Source: an uncultured Candidatus Saccharibacteria bacterium (GTDB lineage: Bacteria; Patescibacteriota; Minisyncoccia; Portnoybacterales; UBA2143). From it: a DNA stretch of 64,000 bases. Under the pieces are notes generated by a model. That model searched no databases. It was not told where the DNA came from and worked only from the letters and a program-made list of their open reading frames with translations. Position numbers and translations under genes: made by a program. Of this stretch, positions 57,640 through 64,000 are shown one piece after another. How positions within the stretch are numbered: the first letter of the stretch is position 1; each line of letters opens with the position of its first letter. The stretch is from contig CAYOHI010000005.1 in NCBI GenBank assembly GCA_964403725.1, forward strand, positions 3,368-67,367, written 5' to 3'.

Positions 57640-58691
57640 ACCAAAAAATAACTATCAATAGAAAATTTAAACTGTTCAACGAATAATTCCTTAAAATTCC
57701 TCAAGCTGTTCTGCTCATAGAAAACAATTAAGGCTTTCTTGTATTCAGCTTCATCAACGCTTCTAAAAGAAAGAGGACAAATGTCACTAGCCATCAATAA
57801 GGCATTGCCTAATAGACGAGCTGTCCTTTTGTTCCCATCTACAAACGGCTGGATATATGAAATAAAGACGACAGCAAAAAATGATTTTGAAAAAGGATCG
57901 GATAATTCATTAATCATCTCAACGAACTTATCCATCGCCTCCCTGATTTGATGCTGATTATCCAAAGGCAGATATTCAGTTCCGATTATCCTAACTGGAT
58001 TCTTGCGCAATCCTTTTTCTATGCCTAGCCTATCAACAATTAAATCATGAATTCTTTCGATCTTTGGAATGGAAATCTTTTTGAAGTCATTTTTCTTTTC
58101 AGAGATATAGCCTAAGGCATTCTTATGATTTAAAATCATAATCGCCTCTTCTTTTTTGTGTCCAATAGCCTCCTTATTCTCCTTAATCAATACTTCTGTA
58201 TCTATTAGCGAATATGTATTGCCCTCAATTTTTGATGATTTCCAGCTTAATTCAATAGTTAATCTTTCAAATTCCTTCTTTAGAATATCATTGGGCATCT
58301 TTTTAATCCTGCTCTTATATTCTCTATTAAGCTCATTTAGTTCCTCTAATTCCTGGTTATCGAAAACACTTTCAATATCTTTGAAAATATTAAAATTAAA
58401 GGATTTGAACTTTAATTTCCTCTGTTCGGCTTCTTTTTGGAAATATTTGTCAATGTCAATGTATTGTAGAAAATCGTTTTTAACCTTTTCTTCATAGTAA
58501 ACGCTCCTCCCCTTTCCTTTCTTATCAATTAATCCATCCTTTAGGAGAAAATTCAGATCACGAACAACAGTAATCCGAGAAGTATTTCTCAAGTACTCCT
58601 TGATTTCCTGATTACTAACTTTATTTGATCTTTTAATAAATTCCAGAATCTTCAGTTGTCTGTCATTTAATTTAGTCATTAATTGTATCAT
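57636..58691 (-). CDS. Fic-family protein paralog with N-terminal wHTH and Q-variant Fic motif (QPFVDGNKR); true start possibly Met at 58679
   Basis: Highly similar to the 41898-42956 protein (e.g. KKEFERLTIELSWKSS.IEGNTYSLIDTE.LIKENKEA.GH.KEEA.MILNHK); 4-nt ATGA overlap with the downstream RhuM-Doc gene. Confidence 0.75.
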   Translation of the reverse strand: MIQLMTKLNDRQLKILEFIKRSNKVSNQEIKEYLRNTSRITVVRDLNFLLKDGLIDKKGKGRSVYYEEKVKNDFLQYIDIDKYFQKEAEQRKLKFKSFNFNIFKDIESVFDNQELEELNELNREYKSRIKKMPNDILKKEFERLTIELSWKSSKIEGNTYSLIDTEVLIKENKEAIGHKKEEAIMILNHKNALGYISEKKNDFKKISIPKIERIHDLIVDRLGIEKGLRKNPVRIIGTEYLPLDNQHQIREAMDKFVEMINELSDPFSKSFFAVVFISYIQPFVDGNKRTARLLGNALLMASDICPLSFRSVDEAEYKKALIVFYEQNSLRNFKELFVEQFKFSIDSYFLV

Positions 58692-58740
58692 TTAATACGT
58701 CTTAATTGTATCATAATTAGTTAAAAAATGAAACAATTAA
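58679..58740. repeat. TTAATTGTATCA x2 plus an inverted ACAATTAA copy at the 5' end of the Fic paralog; same 8-bp core as at 42992-43030
   Basis: Directly visible. Confidence 0.5.
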
Positions 58741-58752
58741 AAGACTGATTCC

Positions 58753-59142
58753 CTATTCATTTTTTCTGTATTGTTTCAAATAAGATCTAATTCTGTCTCT
58801 GTTCTCATTCTGTTTCTTACCCTTGAAATATACTTCAATAAATTCAATGCCAATCACATCTATAGTCTCATGATCTTCTGCATAGGCATAAATAATTCTC
58901 AAGCTCTTTTTCTTTAAGCTTCTACAAAAGAATCTGGCTTTGACAATATACACAGATTCAGATTTTGTAATAACATTAAAATGCTTGCCAATCCCTAAAG
59001 GAGATGCTCTTAAAACTTTCTTGAATTCATTTAAATCATCTTTGAGTGATCTGAATTTCTTGAATAGCTTTTTAAAATCTCTTTTAAACTCTTGAGTTTC
59101 TTTAAAGTTCATCTTCATAGTTCCTGATTGAATGATCGTCAT
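58753..59142 (-). CDS. RelE/ParE-superfamily-like toxin (YafQ/HigB-like pattern)
   Basis: FKRDFKKL...YIVKARFFCRSLKKKSLRIIYAYAEDHETIDVIGIEFIEVYFKG fits the RelE/ParE fold signature (K.R...RIIY...I.H..Y); overlaps the upstream HTH-Panacea gene. Confidence 0.5.
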   Translation of the reverse strand: MTIIQSGTMKMNFKETQEFKRDFKKLFKKFRSLKDDLNEFKKVLRASPLGIGKHFNVITKSESVYIVKARFFCRSLKKKSLRIIYAYAEDHETIDVIGIEFIEVYFKGKKQNENRDRIRSYLKQYRKNE

Positions 59143-59875
59143 CGCGATAGAAAACAGTCTCGTAACTTATCTCTTCACCCATCTCATGAACTCGCCAAGG
59201 AGTATCTGAATGGGAATAATCACTCAATTCAGCAGCGTTCTTCCAAGCCAAACGTATCAAAACATCATCAATGTGCTTAATTTCTTGGGCTGACAGGATG
59301 TTTAAGTCAGCTGATCTTCTTGGCAAGTATTTTTTCTGCTCATGCTGGAAGTACTTGCTTTTAATCTTCTCAATTTCACCTTTCCTTATCATTTGATCAA
59401 CTATCTTTTTGAATTCAATCGGTGTTGGGCCGAAATGGTTCTTAATATACTTGGCGCCGATCAGCTGCTCTTCAAATTTTTCATAATAGTCAAAATCTGT
59501 AAAATACAATAATTTGTAAAGTGCTGTTTCGCCAATATTGGGCCTGGCGCCAACTTTTTCTAGAATATATAGGAATACTTCTTTAAATTTCTTAACATTT
59601 GCTCGGGACATAATAATTCTCATTTCAGGCTTATTTGTCTTCTTAGTTTTCTTTTCCTCTTTCAGGTTAACTTTAATTTCCTTTTTCCCTCCACTTAACA
59701 AATCCTTTAACGACATACTAAAAATGGAGGCTAATTTCTGTGCTTCTGGAATAGTTAATTCTCGCTTTCCTTTTTCAACTTGGATATATGTCGGTCTGGA
59801 GATACCAAGTTGATCAGCTAGATACTGTTGAGAATAATTATTTTTCTTTCTTAATTTTTGGATGAATAAAGTCAT
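59102..59875 (-). CDS. XRE-family HTH fused to Panacea (DUF4065) domain - PanA-type antitoxin
   Basis: N-terminal LRKKNNYSQQYLADQLGISRPTYIQVEKGKRELTIPEAQKLASIF (HTH_XRE); C-terminal ETALYKLLYFTDFDYYEKFEEQLIGAKYIKNHFGPTPIEF (DUF4065 core). Confidence 0.7.
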   Translation of the reverse strand: MTLFIQKLRKKNNYSQQYLADQLGISRPTYIQVEKGKRELTIPEAQKLASIFSMSLKDLLSGGKKEIKVNLKEEKKTKKTNKPEMRIIMSRANVKKFKEVFLYILEKVGARPNIGETALYKLLYFTDFDYYEKFEEQLIGAKYIKNHFGPTPIEFKKIVDQMIRKGEIEKIKSKYFQHEQKKYLPRRSADLNILSAQEIKHIDDVLIRLAWKNAAELSDYSHSDTPWRVHEMGEEISYETVFYRDDDHSIRNYEDEL

Positions 59876-59981
59876 GATTTAATTCTATCAATTGTAAAAT
59901 ATATTGTCAAGTGGATAAGTAAATATATTTTACATATTGACAGTATATTTATAATACCTTGTTATGATATAATATTAATAC

Positions 59982-60290
59982 ATGAAAACTAAGCAAACAG
60001 ATAAATTGCCTTCTTTTTTCAAGCCAATTCTTTGGTCTTATGATTTTAATTCCATTAATTTAGAAAAGAATAAGAAAGCTATTATTATCAACTCAATAAA
60101 CTACGGCGATTTGAAGCATTGGCGCTGGATCGTCAAACACTACGGGAAAAAAGAGGTTAAAAAAATATTAACAACTATCCCCTTTACTGAAATTAGACCC
60201 AGGGTTGTCCCTTTAGTTTCTCTGTTATTCTCCATCGATGAATTCAATTATATACCTAGAGGCGTTTCTCAAAAAAAAGCTAATAGATAA
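59982..60290 (+). CDS. hypothetical protein
   Basis: 102 aa ORF with an upstream AT-rich promoter-like region. Confidence 0.4.
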   Translation: MKTKQTDKLPSFFKPILWSYDFNSINLEKNKKAIIINSINYGDLKHWRWIVKHYGKKEVKKILTTIPFTEIRPRVVPLVSLLFSIDEFNYIPRGVSQKKANR

Positions 60291-60767
60291 TCACTTCCTA
60301 TAAGGATTATCCTTCCTCTCAAACCCGCCCTTATCCTCATAAACCCTCATCCAGGCTCTCCTCAAGTTGTTGATCTTAACTCTTTGTCTTTGGTATTTGT
60401 TTAATATCTTGTTAAGCATCTCCTTAATCTCTGCGCTTTCAGTCGTAGCAACGATGAAATCAATCTTAGTCACAATATTGGCAATTATCCTCATAGTCTG
60501 CTCTAATTTACCGAATGCCAGTTGCTTGTCTGAAAACCTGTCGCCATAGCTTTCAGCAGTCAGTTTGGGAATCAGTTTAGATAGAGAGTAAAGGATTTCA
60601 AATTCATCCAATAGATATTTGTTTTTCTTGCTTTTCTTAATTTCAGGGATGAACTTGAATATTTCTGAAGATAGAAGAGTGGTTTGCCTGTATACTTCCA
60701 GATCCCTGAAGCTCTTGACTGGCGATTTGATGCGATACTTTTTGTATTCAGTCTTTTGGTAAGACAT
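60291..60767 (-). CDS. hypothetical helical protein, weak resemblance to the four-helix-bundle (Avd/23S-IVS protein) family
   Basis: SFRDLEVYRQTTLLSSEIFKFI resembles the F.DL.VWQ.A..L...IY N-terminus of TIGR02436, but the QLRRAA.S...NIAEG block is absent. Confidence 0.3.
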   Translation of the reverse strand: MSYQKTEYKKYRIKSPVKSFRDLEVYRQTTLLSSEIFKFIPEIKKSKKNKYLLDEFEILYSLSKLIPKLTAESYGDRFSDKQLAFGKLEQTMRIIANIVTKIDFIVATTESAEIKEMLNKILNKYQRQRVKINNLRRAWMRVYEDKGGFERKDNPYRK

Positions 60768-60843
60768 AGAATTTATACTTAATCAATTTTTTAAACTGAT
60801 ATGTTAATTGCATCAGATTATATCAGATTAGTAAATAGATATT

Positions 60844-61911
60844 CTACTTGTACTTCTTCCTCTTCTTTTTCTTCTTCATGACTACATGCAGTGGAAAGAA
60901 TTCAAAGTAATCACTCTCATCAAACCAGGCGCACTTGAAATGGAAAAGCCGCAAGGATGTCAGGCGGCTCATGGCTAATGCATAAATTGTCAATTGGTCA
61001 ATCGGTTTGACCTTCCTGGCGCTAGGCTTGTAATCCATAATGTGGATTGTTCCGTTTCTGATTTGGATCAGATCGATGTGCCCGGTAACCACTTCTCCTT
61101 CCTTTAAATCCAATGGTACTTGCCAGTTCAATTGATTTTCAAAATGCATTACATCCTCATAATCTAGTAATATTGGCACTTCAGTAGCTACGGTTACCGA
61201 ATCATTGGCCAGCATGAATTCCTGCAGTATCTGATGCCTTAATTTATTGTTGGTTACTGCTTGGATGACAAAGCGGGTAATCTTGTTAGCGCTGTTTTCT
61301 TTCTTGATTATCTTGACCTCATCAGGGTTGAAGAAATCCTTGTACATGGAAGCCCTGTTTTCTGATTCTCTGAATATGTGATGGGGGCATTCAGCTGAAA
61401 CTAGCTCGAGAAATTCCTTAATCTGCCTTAATTTGTAGTGCTTGAAATCTTCTTCTAGGATGCAGTCTGTCTTGGCCCTATGATATTTGAAATCATATAT
61501 CTGGCCGTGCATCAGATGGACTTCGTCAATGATTTCCTTGGGAGAATATTTCTTATTCACAAAATCTCTGATTCTTAAGAATGGCAGGTATTCTCTGTAT
61601 CCTTTAGCCCAGTTAAGGACAGTCTGCTCGCTTAAATCAAATCCATACCTGTCTTTAATCTTAACTATGATATCCTTAGTTGTGAAAAGGCGGTTGTATA
61701 GGGTGATTGTGTCTAGAATAATCCTTAGAGGATATGTTCTGCTTTTAGTAATTTGCGGAGTGAATTTCTTTTGACAGTCTTTGCAGAAATATATTTGGAT
61801 TTCCTCCAGTTTCTTCTTTCTTCTTCCTTTCTTGGTAATATTTTTACCCTGGCAATACGGGCAAGTCTCAACTTTTTTCTCTAATTTTTCATTTTGCTTG
61901 TCTAAAAGCAT
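60844..61911 (-). CDS. IS1595/InsA-type zinc-ribbon + HTH N-terminus fused to RecB-family PD-(D/E)xK nuclease-like domain
   Basis: CPYCQGKNITKKGRRKKKLEEIQIYFCKDCQKKFT (Zn_Tnp_IS1595-like); C-terminal GHIDLIQI...IHIMDYKPS...QLTIYALAM corresponds to RecB-nuclease motifs II, III and QhxxY. Confidence 0.55.
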   Translation of the reverse strand: MLLDKQNEKLEKKVETCPYCQGKNITKKGRRKKKLEEIQIYFCKDCQKKFTPQITKSRTYPLRIILDTITLYNRLFTTKDIIVKIKDRYGFDLSEQTVLNWAKGYREYLPFLRIRDFVNKKYSPKEIIDEVHLMHGQIYDFKYHRAKTDCILEEDFKHYKLRQIKEFLELVSAECPHHIFRESENRASMYKDFFNPDEVKIIKKENSANKITRFVIQAVTNNKLRHQILQEFMLANDSVTVATEVPILLDYEDVMHFENQLNWQVPLDLKEGEVVTGHIDLIQIRNGTIHIMDYKPSARKVKPIDQLTIYALAMSRLTSLRLFHFKCAWFDESDYFEFFPLHVVMKKKKKRKKYK

Positions 61912-62134
61912 ATTTAGGTCTCACATTTTAGAAAAAAATGTGCTTAATTTATTTAAATTCTTTAAAAAAGGCTTGAAATGCATATATTTGGCTTGGTTAT
62001 GGGGTAAATATTTACATACCCTTATTTTACTGATAGATAAGCCGAGTATTGGAAACCAGGTCCTTGATTCTATTAGTGAAAAGCATCGAATACTATAAAA
62101 TTACAACCACTTTCCACAATGCGAGACCTGGAAA

Positions 62135-64000
62135 TTAAAGAATATCTTCCGTGGTACTGGCAGTTTCTTCAGCTACTGGTTCTTCAATAATTTCTTCTTC
62201 AACCACTGGTTCTTCTATTATTGGTTCAGTAATTTCCTCAATTTCTTTCTCAACAGATTCCTCTATTATTTCCTCTTCGACTGGTTCTTCTGTCGTATCT
62301 TCAATAATGAATATTTCCGTGCTTGTTGAAGTTGGCTCAACTATCGGCTCTTCGATAATTTCTTCTGTTGTTGTAGAAGTTTCTTCTGGATCTTCAATCC
62401 CTTCCAGAATATTATTACACTCCCCTGACCTGGTCATAGGCATACCGTATTCAGTGTATAGGCAATATGGAGTTCCAGTCTTGCTGTCATAGATCGTAAT
62501 TCCGCTCTCGGTAGCTGATTCAGACTTAATCTTAAGATTTTCAGTTTCAATGTATTTAGCCTTAATCTTATCAGCTACCAGGGTTCCTTCTGAATCAACT
62601 CTTAATTCAACTCTTTCTCCATCTTCGTTGATAACTACTACTCCTGTATCTTCTTGAACTTCTGAATCAGGATTAGTTAGATAACCATTAGCTTCTAAGA
62701 CAGCTTTTAATTCATCTACTTCGCTCTTTAGGGCTTTAACACCGGCGATAGCAAAGGTAGCGTAATCGTATAGGGATACTGATTTGCCATTTTCACTTAA
62801 GACTTGTTCTGGTGCTTCTTCAGCGATGACGCCAAGATTAAATCCTTTAGATGAAGTGCCAGTATTATGGGCTTGAGAATTATAGTTAACTACTGGACCT
62901 TGGGCTACATCTTTCTTCCATTTGTATGTAGCTACATCCATATCCTCAATTTCATCTAGAATATCTTCATAATCTTTTTCTTCTAGATATGTAATATCTG
63001 TTTTGTATTCTTTAGATGAATATACCTCCCAACCATCAGCAATGGCATTACCCATTCCTTGTCCAACGGTTAAGACATGAGTTGGACTATTGGTGGCAAT
63101 ACCAAAGTTGCCATTATTTAGAAGCATCATTAATGGACTTGATGAAGAATTATACATAGCCATAGCTGGCGTGTTATCTGTATTATCTGTTTGCATGGAT
63201 AGCTTGGCCATTGGGGTGGTTGTTCCAATGCCAACATTGCCAATTATATCTATTGTCAATGAAGGAGTGGTTGTTGGAGCAGAAGCTAGATCAACTGTTT
63301 CTAAGATTCCTTTAATCCCAGCTAAAGCTACGCCTGCCATGTCTGTAGCTTTAATTCGGGTGTCTTTAGCGCCTAAGCCGAATAGCTTGTAGAAATCCTG
63401 GGCAGTTGGTCCGATATGTTTGACTGTACTGGAACTCATTTCATTGTAATCGCCATCATCAATGAAGTTGTATTGACTGATTGGCATCAATGATAATCTA
63501 TTCAATAATTCATTGTTAGTTAGATTGACGTTAGAACCAGTATCGTACTCGATTGAATTAATAGTTGAGCCGTTGCCAGTCCAGCTGCCTGTTGTGACTG
63601 GATTTAGTGAAATACTATTCAAGTTAATGAAGTTCTCTTTTTTGTTCCTGTCTGATGAATCTGTCCAGCCTGATGTTGTGCCGTAGGTGTCTGAGTCTAG
63701 TTGAATCAAGCGAGTAGGGTTTGTTATACCGATGCCGACGTTGCCGGAGCTGTCCATCGTCATCTTAACGGCATTGTTTATCAACCACTCATTACTTGTA
63801 TCAGTAGTATGGCGAATTGCCCAATTACCATCATCATCTAAAAAACCTATTTTGCCAGCTTCTGCATATACAGAACCATCAGTAGCACCGCCAGAATCAA
63901 TAAATTTAATAAACCCAGCAGAACTAGCGCTATGGAGCTCTATCATCTGGCTATCGCCATCTTGTAGTTTAACGCCACTATGAAATTTAATAGCACTATC
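62135..64000 (-). CDS. tail-fibre-like surface protein with GNVGIG(T/I)T(T/N)P repeats, two Peptidase_S74 intramolecular-chaperone domains and acidic C-terminal repeats; N-terminus beyond the window
   Basis: SDRNKKENF...KHIGPTAQDFYKLFGLG...GVALAGIKGIL and KEYKTDITYLEE...YKWKKD...GVIAEEAPEQVL...YDYATFAIAGVKALKSEVDELKAV both match the S74 (chaperone of endosialidase) consensus; ORF is open to the window edge. Confidence 0.7.
   Translation of the reverse strand, partial: DSAIKFHSGVKLQDGDSQMIELHSASSAGFIKFIDSGGATDGSVYAEAGKIGFLDDDGNWAIRHTTDTSNEWLINNAVKMTMDSSGNVGIGITNPTRLIQLDSDTYGTTSGWTDSSDRNKKENFINLNSISLNPVTTGSWTGNGSTINSIEYDTGSNVNLTNNELLNRLSLMPISQYNFIDDGDYNEMSSSTVKHIGPTAQDFYKLFGLGAKDTRIKATDMAGVALAGIKGILETVDLASAPTTTPSLTIDIIGNVGIGTTTPMAKLSMQTDNTDNTPAMAMYNSSSSPLMMLLNNGNFGIATNSPTHVLTVGQGMGNAIADGWEVYSSKEYKTDITYLEEKDYEDILDEIEDMDVATYKWKKDVAQGPVVNYNSQAHNTGTSSKGFNLGVIAEEAPEQVLSENGKSVSLYDYATFAIAGVKALKSEVDELKAVLEANGYLTNPDSEVQEDTGVVVINEDGERVELRVDSEGTLVADKIKAKYIETENLKIKSESATESGITIYDSKTGTPYCLYTEYGMPMTRSGECNNILEGIEDPEETSTTTEEIIEEPIVEPTSTSTEIFIIEDTTEEPVEEEIIEESVEKEIEEITEPIIEEPVVEEEIIEEPVAEETASTTEDIL

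Noticed and set aside
60844-61911. IS1595/IS1-family insertion sequence
   Set aside because: Only the N-terminal Zn-ribbon/HTH resembles a transposase. The catalytic region matches a RecB-type PD-(D/E)xK nuclease rather than DDE, and I see no terminal inverted repeats flanking the gene.
60291-61911. Diversity-generating retroelement (Avd-like four-helix-bundle protein near a fibre-like target)
   Set aside because: There is no reverse transcriptase ORF (no YxDD motif) and no TR/VR repeat pair within the window. The four-helix-bundle assignment itself is weak.

Overview
This is a low-GC window (about 35% overall, with a few short GC-richer patches). Most genes are on the minus strand, proteins are short, and many adjacent genes are translationally coupled. 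By inference this looks like a reduced genome of the CPR/Patescibacteria type: dnaX is only 364 aa, purine/queuosine salvage genes are present, and there is a PMT-type glycosyltransferase. Housekeeping genes I can support are rpoB and rpoC, recA, ftsK, serS, lysS, greA, mreC, mreD and mrdA, ftsQ, def and fmt, rpsF-ssb-rpsR, dnaX, tRNA-Gln(TTG), MTAP, apt and thpR. The accessory content is more interesting. First, there are two toxin-antitoxin pairs built on Panacea (DUF4065) domain antitoxins, one paired with an unclassifiable toxin and one with a RelE/ParE-like toxin. Second, there are three Fic/Doc-family proteins: two paralogs carry an N-terminal HTH and a conserved His-to-Gln change in the Fic motif, and one of them is coupled to a RhuM-Doc fusion gene. 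Third, a five-gene operon links a VirD4/TraD-like ATPase to a membrane-anchored ClpC-like unfoldase with a degenerate first ATPase domain. Fourth, a 3' island (56-64 kb) holds a Zn-ribbon/RecB-like nuclease, a four-helix-bundle protein and a tail-fibre-like protein with two S74 chaperone domains. Fifth, four small Cys-rich zinc-ribbon ORFs with strong RBSs sit in GC-richer patches. I also see a candidate small RNA bounded by a clear promoter and intrinsic terminator.
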